A DNA stretch of 53,087 nt, from the NCBI GenBank assembly GCA_000934665.2, contig JYFJ02002658.1, positions 1 to 53,087 of the forward strand. Direction: 5' to 3'. The position numbers and the translations under genes were made by a program. Shown in pieces: positions 36,706 through 50,500 of this stretch (positions are counted from its first letter, which is position 1; each line of letters opens with the position of its first letter). The notes beneath the pieces were generated by a model. It worked only from the letters and a program-made list of their open reading frames with translations, was not told the DNA's origin and did no database searches. Source of the DNA: Catajapyx aquilonaris. Its lineage: Eukaryota.

Positions 36706-38734
36706 ATGGCGGTGCTTTTGCTCGTGTTAGTGTCCGTTCTTGTGGCACAAGGACAGTGTCAATTCACTGGATTCTTTATGGCAAGGCATGAAAGGTGGGG
36801 TATGATTGGACCTCCTCCAAATGTCACTAACAACATTGGGGACTCCTGGTTCACACAAAAGTTGGACCATTACAATGATCAAGACACTAGAAATTGGAGC
36901 CAGGTAAGTGACATGCAACCCGGCTCATTTTCAGTTAAAGTAATTGAGCGTTTCAGCGCTATTTTGTCAGTACTCAATATTACCGACCTGGAGGCCCAGC
37001 TTTTATTATGATTGGCGGGGAAGGAGAATCAGGCGCCGGTTGGATGACCGGTGGTCAGTGGATTACTCCAGCCAAAACGCATGGAGCAATTCTGTTCCAG
37101 CTAGAACACCGGTTTTATGGCAAGAGTTTTCCCACTTCGTAAGTTAACAGCATGAATGCAACTGCCAGCAGGAACACTGCATGGCTCCTTTTTCATTTTA
37201 ACAGTGACATGAGTACTGCAAATCTGAAATATCTGAGCAGCGAACAGGCTTTGAGCGACGTTGCCAGTTTCCAGCAAGCGATGACTCAGCAGTACAAACT
37301 TCTAAATACCAAGTGGATTGCGTTTGGTTGTTCTTATTCCGGAAATTTGGCTGCCTGGTACCGCATGTATTACCCTAACCTGGCTCATGCTGCTATGGCT
37401 GGCAGTGCACCAGTTCAAGCTGAAGTCAACTTTTATCGTAAATATTGCAAAGGTTATGATCTGAAATTTTTAGGGTGCAACAATATATTTCACCTCGCAG
37501 AGTACTACGAAGTCATTACGTCGTCACTGGAGAAAATTAAATCGGGATGCGGTTCGACAATACAGACGGCCATATACGACACCTATCAGTACATGCAGAG
37601 CGACAGCGGGAAACAGTACTTGAGCACCCTTTTCAAGTATGTAGACTACCTTCATTAACTTTGTACATTTTCCATGCCAGTGCTGGGCATAATAAATCTG
37701 CTTCGCCTTTCAGTACTTGTTCTCAGATCTCTACCTATCAAGGCTGGGATATTCCCATGTTCTGGAACGGATTGGCTAATCCTTTCGCCGGCATGGTACA
37801 GTACGCAGACACCGACCAGAAGCAATACTGCAATGACATTGTGAATGGGCAAGGTACTCCAATAGAGCGACTAGCTACAGTCATCAAGAAGTCCAATAAT
37901 GGTAACTGCTTCTACATCAGCTATGCAAATTATGTTAAATATTACCAGAACAGTGTGAACGCTGCAACAGGAATGGGTAAGCAAATAAGACCTACAATAT
38001 TTTATTCACACTCCATATTTCCAAACTGATGTCTTCTTCTCCAATAGGTCGCCAGTGGCTCTATCAAACCTGCCAGGAATTCGGATATTATCAAAGCAGC
38101 GATTCGAAAAACCAAGCATTCTGGGGATTTCCAGTCGATTATTACCTGCGTATGTGCTACGACATCTTCGGACCAAAGTAAGTGCAACACACGAAATGTT
38201 GCTTAACTTGTACATTGCATCTAATTTAATCAAACATTTGACTACTCATATTAAGTTTATAAAGAAACATAAGTCAAGCTGTTACCAACTGCAATGAGTA
38301 ACAAGTTCTTTATGTCTTGACACTAAGGGTAAGCGTCTTACCAATCTGATAAGTTAATGCAACTTGATTGCTCCACTATTTCAGCTACACCCCGAATCAA
38401 ATTCAAAAGAACGTTGATTACTCCACTTCCGTGTATCACGGCAAAAGTTTGAACGTGCAAAGGGTTATATTCCCCAACGGAATACTTGACCCTTGGAGAT
38501 CCCTTGGTATTCAGAGCGACCTTAACCCAGAGTCTCCTGCTGTTACCATTGATGGTATTACTCTGGAGCTTTACCTTCTACGTTACTTTATTCGGGACTT
38601 AAAATATTACCTACTTTGCAGGGTCAGCCCATTGCGCAATATACTATGGCGAGGACTGGGGAAACAATCCTTCTCTGCGGGCAGCCCAAAAGAAAGTGGA
38701 TCAAATGATAGCCCAGTGGCTCAATGAAGAGTAA
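36706..38734 (+). CDS. Secreted serine peptidase family S28, paralog 4, ~474 aa
   Basis: Exons 36706-36903, 36957-37138, 37205-37437, 37501-37636, 37714-37976, 38048-38177, 38385-38554, 38622-38734. All introns GT-AG; total 1425 nt, open. Signal peptide [18 protein letters not shown]. Motifs GCSYSG, NGILDPW, SAHC. Confidence 0.94.
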
Positions 38735-38797
38735 TTTTTCACGTGCCAATTGCGCACCTTAAAAAGTTTCAGTGTATCAGGGAAAATGCTGGGAGAA

Positions 38798-38803
38798 AAT
38801 AAA
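38798..38803 (+). terminator. Polyadenylation signal, paralog 4
   Basis: AATAAA ~65 nt after the stop; the 3' UTR is alignable with paralog 3. Confidence 0.65.
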
Positions 38804-40899
38804 CAGGTCAGTAATTTGACTTACCCACCATATGAAACCTCAAAATGTTAAAACTAAGCTAAGTTAAGACAAGTTTAAATTTAATGCAGTATAACATAGT
38901 AGACTGTTTATCCGCTCTTTTCATCATCTGCCATATTTCGAAATGAATTTTCATGAGGATAACTACTCATATGTTCAAGTTCTTAGAAATAACACTACAC
39001 GCATGGCTCGTCCCAATATCTCCTCGCGAAATTTTAAAGCAACAGGCCTTTTCGCAAGTTTTCGACGTAACTATAAGGCCATGGCTCGAGAGCAAAATGG
39101 GCCTTCTCCCGATGAGTGGCTCCCAATGGGTGTACGTGACCGGGTTGAATGACCGCGAAAAGTCCATAGCAGACTGCGATAAAGTCAAAGAAAATAAATA
39201 TATTGTTCCAAGACCAAAAAATTACTCACTCTTTGCAGAGTTAAGGTGCAGGGCAGGTCGACAAACCCTCTTTCAGAGTATTCAAGTAAGAAAAAGTTAT
39301 GCAGCATATAGAAATATGCAGCCAAAATTGCACCAAGGATATCACAGTTATCATTGATCTGTTACTTTGATAGACTATATGAAAATTTTCTATGCATATG
39401 TTCTACATATTCCTCGTTCTATCTACTTGAATATCAACTGCTCATACAAGATACAGGGCAATCGATAACCGTACTGACATGAGAAGTGGATGGCAGATTA
39501 TAGATAAAAGCACATGTAACGACACACGCATTTATGCAGGATGGTGCACACCCTGAGGTCCCTGAGTTAGGCAGGAGGAAAAGTTATGCATTGTTTCCTC
39601 CAGGAGCAATATTCGTAATTGAATGGACCTCTGTTGCTTCACTTGAAACTGATCCAGAACTATACTGCCGTTATGCCCACTCTTGAACATTGGAATCTGG
39701 CAGACATTTATCCCGTTTATTTTCAGTGGACTATCGAAATATTAAGGGGAAAGTTTTTTTTGCACCTCTAATGTTTAATCTTCTCTGTCAACCAATGATA
39801 ATGCTATACAGTATCTTGAGAGCGACCCTTGTACAGGTCGACCTCTACGTATATGCGTAAAAAATATGACGCTATATACTCCAGGCAAAATTATTTGGGT
39901 AATACCAATGAGTGCTTCTTTAAAAATGCACCGTGAATTACCTAGAATTTTAAATCTATGGCATTACAGTCTTGGGCTCAAGAGGCATGGAGAAAAAAAT
40001 ATAAAAAATCCAGTGAAGATTTTAAAAGTGTGGACTACAGTTCATACATCATACAGTACTACCAAAGAGAGTCAGCTGCATCAATCTTTAAAGTTTTATC
40101 ACGCACTTGTTCCCCTGGGTGTCAGTTCTTTCATACTATACTGTACATTAAACATGGCATAATAAATTATTACTTGCTGTAGCAGATGCAGTAAAAGTGC
40201 AGTCTTTGCTTACTTTTAAATACATAACTGGACATTATATTTCTATATTATTTTATGAAGAAAAAAATGAAAAACTCCCTCGAAGTGATAGAGAGTGAGG
40301 TGCAAAATGCTTCAAATGATTTGCATTATGCGAGTCACGTATTTGGAAGCTACAATAGTGGCAATATTCTTCCCCCATAATGAGCAAGAATTTTGATGGC
40401 TAATTTTCCCTCAGTTGAAGACCACAGTGGCATACCATCCTCTACTTATTCTGACGCCGCGCCATTGCAAAAGTTTGTGCAATGTGGACTAATTTGCTGC
40501 CTAATTTACTATTGAGATGGCTGGCATTATTTTCATATGGACGGAAGAAGAGAAGCGTTGCCTAATTGGATGATCTTGACCTACTAGATTACTCATCCGG
40601 AAACTCATCATTTCGCATTATTACTTATTGCGGAAAACTGGAGTAGCATTATTAGAGAGTAGCATTAGCAAAGCCATCCTAGCAGGCATAGTAACTGCTG
40701 TTAATGTAGAGTGTAATAGTTCCGACCTCAGCAACTGTAGCCAAATTGTCTCATTTCTTACAGTAACACGAGTACTGAAAATCTCAAGTACTTGAAAAGT
40801 GAACAAGCCCTGGCAAGTTTCCAAGTGGCAAAAGTTATATAACTAGACGAGCATAGAAGGGGATGTAGTTTTCGGCATGATCGTACTACAGTACTTTAT

Positions 40900-41060
40900 G
40901 GCGGCGGCGGTACCGTGGTGTAGTGGTTAAGCACAGCCTCTTAAGTCCAGCATTCGACCCCCCGGTTCGGATGGTGGAAATACTGTAGTTGAGACTGGTT
41001 TTCGTTGTATTCACGCGAGTTTCTTGGAGATTTCCCATTTCCTCGATTACGAATGTAATG
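40900..41060 (+). mobile_element. Degenerate tRNA-derived SINE fragment
   Basis: Box A TGGTGTAGTGG (40916-40926), decayed box B CATTCGACCCC (40951-40961), and a downstream GAGTTTCTTGGAGATTTCCCATTTCCTC block resembling SINE central domains. No cloverleaf. Confidence 0.55.
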
Positions 41061-41410
41061 TTAGTGAATACTAAGCAGTACGTGGTTAATATAGGGAAGA
41101 TTGATTTTGAATAGGCACAACGCACAAGCATATAGAAACAGACCAGTAGTCACAAAAGGCATTGTATTGTCCATGCGTATATACAGTATTTGTGAGGCTT
41201 TGAACTTTTTGGCTGGCTTTCTGAGCTTAGCCTAGCCTATATAAAGCAATGCATTAGAGAGTTGTCATGCAAACTCATTTCTGCAGCCACACCCACTAAT
41301 GGCTTAATAACAGTTGGTTTCGCAGATTGTAAAGTGAATTACATAATATTAACATGAATTCTATAACATGCACTGATTCACTGATTCATGAGTGTCAGTA
41401 AAAACCTCTC

Positions 41411-41510
41411 CATTAATATGTACCACTGAGTTACTTAACATAATGACTAGGCTACATACTGCATTAATATATGCACCACTGAGTTACTTAACATAATGAC
41501 TACATACTGC
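41411..41510. repeat. Two-copy ~50-bp tandem duplication
   Basis: CATTAATAT..ACCACTGAGTTACTTAACATAATGACTA..CATACTGC occurs twice with small indels. Confidence 0.9.
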
Positions 41511-44500
41511 AGCAAAATAATTTATGTGTTTATAATAAATCCTTTAAAATAACATATACTGTATACCAGTTTCATGCTAAAATACTCGTATGTTGAGAGA
41601 CGTCAGAGATAATACCTGTCGCATTTTTGGGTCTCATTTATATATTTAACACTTAGAGGTCTGCCAGCTTCCACGTTGCAGAATGATTCCAAAATACACC
41701 CTTCTCCTAAACAGGGCACTGACCTTTTCTTGACTTTTTTTCCCCACAAATTGACTTCAGCGGCGACTCAGCACACACTCCTGCGCATACAAATGTTCGA
41801 CAAACACAATATTCTTTCCAGTAACGATCAACTCACTTCAGCAGTCCGCAGCAATACGTTTTATGTGACCGGAATATTTATGTCCCATAATTGAGTCCTA
41901 TAAAAACTACACATAAAAAACACAACTCCAGGGTCCACGACCTACATCTTTATTTGGTATCTAACGGAACAATTTCGGCGTGAAAAACATTCGAAAGTGG
42001 AAAGTGTGTGCAGACGGATTGTAGTTTATGTTGCAGCCCCTTTTCAAGACCGAAGGGAATCTCTCAGCCGCTGCGAGAATTACTCCTGTAGCCAAAGCCA
42101 TTAGGTGAAAATTTCCCGGGGGGATTTTGTGCGAAAAGAGCGGAAAGCTTCCTCGAAGATATCGTGTGGTCACTCAGAACAAATGCAATGGAGTACGCGA
42201 GGAAACTTCATCCTTAACTACAGTAAGGTACCGGTATACTCGATTGAATGTGTATTGACAAACTTGCCCAGATAATCTTCGCGATTTATTTGAGACTATA
42301 CATACTGATTTTCTGTTCAGTTTTGTAATATATTGCCCGTGTCTGAGATAGGAAATACATGCGCGTTATTAATGGCCACCAGCATTTCCGCTAATGAAGC
42401 TAAATGTGCCATTTGCGTGTTAGAAACAAATGCAGCTGAACTGAAGAGTGTTCACAAATGATCAGGTAATCGCCCGGAGGGTGTTAACAACGGTGTCATT
42501 GGACGATATTTTAAAGAAGGAAGAGGCAGATCGGCAACATGTTCATAATTTTGATCGGTTTCTTGGGTGGGGCCTAAATTTGCATCGCTGTTTTATAAAA
42601 ATGTTTGGAGCGTCTAATGAAGTACCGGTATTAAATCATCTGATTATTAAAGTGTTAGCGGATAATCATAACAGACAGGACCTTATATAAAAATTAATGT
42701 CATGTAAAAATTAACATGTTGATAACAGAACTCGTGAACCTAATATCCTCACCACCAGATCGTACGGTAGAGCCTGAACATGAATGTCGATATCGTCCGA
42801 TCTTTTCGTGCCGATGAAAAGGTCACACACCTTTAATTTAGAAGTACTCGTATACATGGACTTGGCATCCCAATGATTTATGAATGGAAACACTTTTGCA
42901 GGATGACATTTGTTCCTCCTGCCAACCAGCCTGGGAGGCAGCTGATGAATGTCGACATTTTCTCCGATATGGTTCTGGATATGTAGAAAAAGTTTTGACA
43001 ATGATATCGGGCCCCCCGGTATGATTTTTAGATAACCTGGCCGAAACACAATGAATCCTGTCCATGACGGAACCTTGATATGCAGTGAAACTCGTCCATT
43101 AATGACACTTTGTTTGGTGACCGTTGGAAGGTTTTCCCATTTTGTCGCAAAAAAAACTTGTTCAGTACGGAACATTTTTCGGAACTGGATGGACTGCGAT
43201 ATAGGCAGATTTGACTACATCATGTAGGAGCAGATGATATCATGAAGTAGGTAGTAAAAAGTGGCACAATTTAGGGACGCTTTAGGGCAAACCATTTATT
43301 AATACAGCCAAAAACCTGTCTATAAGCCTATACGAAAACAACGTGCAAAAATAACAAACACTGGGCATAACTCCAAGCAATGCGCAGTAATAATTTAATT
43401 TATTATGCAGCATGTTTACCCGTGTCACTTCAAACCTTCAACATTAAGTGAAGATAAAATGTGAAATTAACTCTGAACGACCAGTATGGTGTTGTGTAAG
43501 CTATTGCTTGCCCCTGGAGAGGCATGAATTGAAAGGTAATTAGTTAAAATGATGATAAATGAGGAATGTGTTTATCATAGCGCGCTTCAATTTTTAGCCC
43601 AGACCTTCACTAAATGAACTTGGTCAAGGTCGGTTTGGTAGTTGCAAGCACATTCAGTCCATTGAGCAATCCAGATCTGAGCCTAAATGGCCCAGCATAA
43701 TTCCTTTCCAAATTCCGCAGGAATTCCTCTCGTCTCGCTCTGCTATCCCACGCAGTTTCCCAGCTGTTTTTTGGGCCCTCCAAGCGGTATGTCCACATAA
43801 GGGCTTGGAACAGTTGGAAGGATTTCGCTTCTCCCCACGTCTTTATTACTTCCAATTTTCTTACAGTATTTGGCCAGTGTTTTGCACAAATCGACAATAG
43901 CGACTTATTTGATGCTGCATTTGGTTTCATATTGCAAATGCAGTAAGATTTTACGTAGCAATTCCACATAATTATGTAACTTCTAAATGAGGAAATGTAA
44001 GTTCAAGATGATCTATAACGAATAAAATTACACCACATAAATCAAAGCATCAGCCCTCAAAACGTGATCAGATCCACTTTAATCATCATCACTCCAAATT
44101 TGCAAATTCCCAGGCCTAAATCCGAACCTCCGTCTCTTGTTTGACTACCTTAACTCTACAAAGCTTTAATGCGCATCCTGGGTGAAATCCTCAGGGAAGG
44201 AGGAGGATCCACGTGAGAAACGAATCAGGTGGGGCAAAGATGAAGATCCCGTGAATGTGAGAAGAGACAGCAGTTCATTTTCTTAATTACACACCTGCCA
44301 GTACTATCACTAAAGTAAATTAATTGCATAGGTAAACGAGTATATTCCTTATTAAAGATGTATGTAGTCAAAGCACTTAGAACTAATTTTTCTCGGCGTG
44401 ACCTGTGTAACAATTGATCAAATTAGTAATTTCCAATAGGAATCGAATTTCCATTTATAGGTTGAGGATATGATAACATTCTGCCTAATATTAGCAGATG

Positions 44501-47500
44501 CTCCTTTGTGATAGCCACTAATATTAACTACTCCTATGCAGCCTAGTGCCAAAACCCCATTAAACGCAACTGGTATTTCAATTGAAACACCCGATTATTT
44601 CCTCCGAAATGTTAATGCCATTGTTTTTGCTTGCAGCTGAGTAAAGCCAGCAGACTGCAGCAATTCTAAGCCTATAGCCTAAGGCGTGCTGAAATATCAA
44701 AGCAGATGCCACTGCATTGTACGCAGTAAAAGTACTTCGGGGAGACCATCTGCATAGAATAATGTAGGATATACGGAAGAACACTCTGCATTAGTGTAGA
44801 AAGTTCATCAAATGCACAAGGTGCTACAGTGCATGATTAAAATACCGTATGCCAACGACAGTACGTGGCTTCCAGTAAGCTCTACAAATGTGGGGTGTTT
44901 CATATTGATTCAGACAAACTCCTAGGTGAACTCCTGAGCACCAGAGAGTCACTTTAAGTAAATGCATCATTTGTCATCCGCAGCCACAGTATTGAGATAA
45001 TTTGCATTTATAAATTAGCTTATTACGCCATATCCTCTTCCTTGATGCCTATCCCTTATTGCAGCTAAAATTTCAGTTTAAATACAATGGAAGGGTAACA
45101 CCTACGTTTTAAATTTTAAGGAAAAGATTGCTCTGAGGGCATTTATCCATTTTGATGGAAGCCCACAATCTCAGTCAGGATGCTGCGGAGACCAAAGCCA
45201 CCTCTACAGAAAGGGATTTGCTCCGCACTAGGACTTCACCCTGCCCTGGAAGTTTGTCTGAATTATTATGAAGCACCCACAGACTCGCAGACCTTGGGGT
45301 GAGTCCTACCACAACCATCAGAAAATTTAAAACTGTAGCTGTTTTAGAGTACTGGTAAATTATTTAAATTGTGTGGAAAGATGGAATGACGCACAGGAGG
45401 CGTAGGAACCCATCTACGAATAAATGGAAAATTTGGAATTGGTTACGGAACAGGAGTCTGCTTGCATCTATTTCGTGCTCACAAGGGATGCAGTCACAAC
45501 ACATTCTGAGGTCCCAAGTTTCATCCTTAGATCGGGCAGATGATATTTCAGGTGAAAAACTTTCAAGAGAGTCTCTCAGTGTTAGTGTAAATGTCTCTTT
45601 CGTTATCCGTTTTCTTCGTTGTCCAACAAACTTTTCCTTTCCATTTCCTTCTCTTCTTGCCGCAGTGTTTTAGTTATACATTGGATCGCCCAATTGTGGG
45701 CAGTAGTAGTCAGCTATATCTAGTTTCGTCTGGGACTGAATTGACTACAACTTTTCTAACCAGGAGAAAGGAGCAAAATTTCCGACCAGCAGGTCACTGC
45801 ACAAACACCTGCATCTTCTAATCCAAACACACCCTGACTCTCTTGTGGAACTCGGTAAAAGGATCGATATGTACCCTTTAAACTCTCCCCAATCCCCCAG
45901 CCCAGTATATGGACACAGTTCGGGGGAAGATGACCCACCCAGGACTGTCCAATTACTAGTAACTCCCGCAGAATGTGCAGATATGCAATATATGGAGATT
46001 TACTGATCGATTTCTAAAGAAAAGTACTCTCCACGTCATTTTTTGGCTGGGGGAGCATCATATGGCGGAAATTCAATATTGGACACGTGAACTCATGCAT
46101 AAACTGAAGTATCCTGCTGGTCATACGTAAACCACGAACCATCCATGTCAGCCGAGTTGCCAATCCAATATCCAAGCAAAATTAAATAATACCGCATCGG
46201 TGCATATCTGACATGGTGACCTGCATGAAGAGGAGAGTATTTTTCTGACATTCCGTGCGACTCATTACATGTCCAAGGCCAAGACGAAAAAGTATGATCA
46301 CGCAGGTTGTATGTTATTACCTCATAATTTGCGGCACATGAAGCGTTGTCAAACTGATGAAATTGGTCGTGCTATGAATTACCTATCAAATGAACTATGA
46401 ACATGGTATGAACTATCACGCAATCTTAAAACCTGCTCATTTTAACTTGACTATAGTTATACAGAGCAACCATAACTCACAGAGAGACAGTTACCATAAC
46501 ATATTGGCACGGTTACATTGCTGCCGGAATTTTGCAGAAAGTTCTCAACAATAAATTACGTAGGCTGTAATATGCATTAACTTACCTCTCTCTATTACCA
46601 TGATTTAAGTATTGTGAAATTAAATTAAAAGGAGTACTTTCTCCTGCAGCTGCGAATTTTCCGTTTCACTGGCGGCTGACACTTCCATTAGGGTCCGAAG
46701 ACCGGAGGGGTCCAGTTTCTGGAGGCTCAAGGTAGGTCCATCTTTTAATTAGAACTTACGGTTGCAGTACTCTCATGCCTCCTGCTGACTCTCGGGTCCT
46801 TTGTAGCCATTAAGCCTAGTGTACCATATATCTTATAAATTAAATTATCTCTCGGATTACGTACAAACTGTTCATTTCGCAGAAGCATAATATAGAACGA
46901 TAACAGTCACATGAGAAAAAATATGAGATGTGGCTGTTTGAAAGTAGATTAGATGATTACTAAAATGAAATTCCTGTTTTTAACATTTTTTCAATGTACA
47001 CAGATTTGACAGCCATGGTATGCGTCAAAAAGCACGAAATTCTGACTGATTTGTTTTTCAATTTGTCAGATATTCATATTCCTTCTGAAGCAGTATCATG
47101 CTGAAGGCATGAAGGCCTATTAGAAACACGATAAATTTATCATTTTTGTGTGCCACGAAATTATCCGCATTAGGAAATATCTCACGTCATCGTCTGGATA
47201 AGCTCATAAAACGAATTTTGTTCCGATACAAAAGCAATAATAACGCAGCGTAATAATATTCTCTTGCACCAGCGGAACCTAATGATGTGAAATTCGCTCA
47301 CGCCATTAACGAGAGTAATTCTGCCTGGTAGGACAGGTCCGCGAAAATGGCCTATTTTCACGCTACCATTTTTGCATGAAATGCGCTACATAACTCAGCG
47401 CAGGTTAAGCGCGTAAGACCCTTTTTATACGCAGATTATTACACCATGACGTCGAAGAACTTCCCAGCCAAGTAGGTGACCATACGCAATTGAGTTCCCC

Positions 47501-50500
47501 CAAATTATAGAAAATCCTTCAGATGCAAATCAGAATATTGTGCTCATATTAATACTTGTGTCATCGATTTTATTAACATAATAACAAGCATCTTATCGTC
47601 CTCGTAACTCTTCGGTATGGGTTGAATAAAATTGGAGACACAGCACCAGGCAACGGAAACCATAAGGTGGCTTCCGCGAGTAACTAATTTGGGAAGTTAT
47701 TGTGCTCAGGTGCGATGGGGAGAAGTCAGGCGAGAGAAAACTTTGAACTTGTGTGGAAACAAGCAACAAGTCAAATACCACATCCAATTATCCACCGGAA
47801 GAACCACTTTGCCAAGATTCGCTTCAATAATTTTGAAGAGCGCTTATTGAGTGATGAGGATTTTGACCTTAAAGTTGAAAGGTCTTAGAGCTTTGTTTGA
47901 CGTCAGGGTCGGCCTCTTCGTTTTTGCTGTTTGTCAGGGTTTGTACGGAAGGAGGCATTCAAGGCATCCCCGGATTCATTATTCTCATTTAGGGAGTGAT
48001 AATGAGGGCCTAGTCACGTAGTGTTATTCCAGGATTTCTCACTTGACACCACTGAAAGGGCAGTTTAGGGCACGTGTCATTGACGGCAGAATTGCAGTGG
48101 TGTTTATTATTAGACTATTATCATTAAGCTCTTTTCATACGTGAAATTATTATTGAGTTTCATTAGAATGCAAATCTAACACAGAGCGGTATTTTTTGCG
48201 AGTACTTTTATTTCAATTTTTGATAAGGTGCAGCAGCAATAATGATGGCATTGGAAAATTTGAAAGTGGTCCAATGCCATGCATAATTAATGCCTCTACA
48301 GTACTTGAAACTGATGAATTGTGATGTAATGCGCCAGTGTAATGTTCCACTCTTTAGTCAATATTAAACAGATGTAATCAATGTGAGTGTTTAATTGTAA
48401 TAATTATTATCGTCGAAAAAAAAACTTGTAACATGTTGAATTAATCATAATTGCTGTGCGTTGAAATATGCCGGTTTCTAACAAAGGCTCAATCGTTATG
48501 CCTGTTGGGAAGCTACTAATTGCCTCGAACAGAGTGAGCATAGTAAACATGCATTTTTCATTCTGTTGTTTTGAGCATTAATTTCATACAGTATGTGACC
48601 AAATATTGCGTAATAGTGTCACTCGTTTGTGCTTGAAACAAAAAAATACATACAGCCCACTTAATTAGTTGATTGGATTCTGAAATATAGAGTAGGCGAA
48701 TAAAGTAGCTACATTTTCATATTGTAGGCCTACAAGAGTATTGTAGTGTATATGCAATAGTTCCTTCAAAAATGCTATTTAGTGGTGTGAATAACTCAAA
48801 ACCGCAGAAATTTGAATTCGTGAATTTAGCTTGTATGCCGACGACATGCAGTTTTTATCATGGGTGACATCAGTACTCAATATTTGGCAACTTTGTTGGC
48901 ATGAGTGGGTCCTGCGCTTGGCTGGGATGGAGACATATGCTGGAGTATAGTGGCAGTTGTAGTATTGTTGGCTTGAGGCCAGTCTCAGCTCGGACACACC
49001 CCTCCTTCTGGTTAATAAAGTCTGCGTAAAAGGAACCTGTGGTGTTTCAATCAGAGGGCCAGATCCCTCGAGACGTGACGGGCTGACGGCATAAGCCCAG
49101 TGGTTCAGTTGTAAACCAAACTGGTACCTTATGTGTGGGCTATATTGTGAGGGGTCAGGTTACACGCTTCAGTAACTGAATAAAGTTACTGAAGCGTTGT
49201 TGTTGGGCAAAATTGCTGCATGGGCCATACATTCAGCCCATAGTGCTAAATATAATATTATGGGGATACGGGAACAAGAGACAGGCTCCTTCAAGTGTAA
49301 AACCACACTCTCGCTAAGTTTGTTGAAAACTTTAAGATATAATAAAGGTGATAATTGAAAGCTTACTACTGCATGTACGTAATTACCATTTTGTATATGT
49401 TTATGAAAGTTGGAAAACTCTTTCAAATTTTGATGTTTTTATCTCTCTTTCTCAAAACTGCGAATATTAAATTATTATAACCTTACTGCAACGCGAACTA
49501 AAAAGTATTTCGCTTTAATTTTATTAAATCCAAATAACAAAAATAGTTCTGCCAGGGGAAACATCAATTAAGTTACCTTTTACTTATATAATTAACTAGC
49601 ACTCGTGTCGAGAAACGGGATAAATGAGTCGAAAAATGAAATGCTTATAGTAAACCACAAATTACCAGCTACTTTGCCCGTATTACCCATGGGTTTACAA
49701 TGATTTCATTTGCAGTGACATGTATCCAGATGGTGTAGAGGCATAATTGCAGCGCAAACTCTCCAATAATCATAATCATTACTAGCACACCAGACCACGT
49801 ACTCTCCTGAAGCCTACCCACGAATAACCGCACGTCCTTTCATATAAATCCCTCCAAATCCTTTGAAATGACACAGGCGTAAAATCTAAACTGCGAAGTT
49901 GCGCCAAGGGACAGTTCCTTGGTTGCAATCAAGGCCGTGGAGCATGTGAATCTTGCACTATAGTTGCCTTGGAAACGGATCCAGACTCGGATTTTACGGC
50001 CTCCACTCTGCCTGAAATGCACCTACCCATTGCCTCTGATTTAAAAAAAAAATCAGAATGTCCCGATCTCTCTCCCATATATACCGCCATTAAAATTGCA
50101 CGAGGAAAATAAGACAGTCATATATAGTGTATATTTAAAGCTATGCTTCAGATACTGCAAAGAGAAATGCAACTTTATTATTCTTAGTCACTTGAATTAT
50201 TTCCCGGAGCCACTCCCACAGCGTGAGTTGTGCCCTAAATTGTATTTGTCACACACAGTACGAGAGAGCCTCCCTTTAATTACTTCGTGGATTAGAAGGT
50301 AGTGATTCAGGACTCTGATCTTTTTTTGAAGCAAGAACTTCTTCAAAGTAGACTCCTTTGCCGTTTGAGTTCTTAGGAAGCTATATAGAAGAAAATCGTA
50401 CATTCAATGGGAGTGTACTTCACTCCATAACTCAAGCCTAAACTCTGGCTAACGAGAGTATCCTCTCTGTAGAATTATTTGGAATGGTCTAGCTTGCAAC

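Noticed and set aside
30152..38233. Numerous minus-strand and alternate-frame ORFs within the cluster
   Set aside because: These are shadows of the S28 exons, repeated only because the paralogs are similar.
40900..40975. Possible tRNA gene (TGGTGTAGTGGTTAAGCAC)
   Set aside because: No acceptor/T-stem pairing, box B is decayed and there is no terminator. It continues into SINE-like sequence.
41411..41510. Repeat considered as CRISPR-like
   Set aside because: Only two abutting copies with no unique spacers, in a eukaryotic context with no cas genes.
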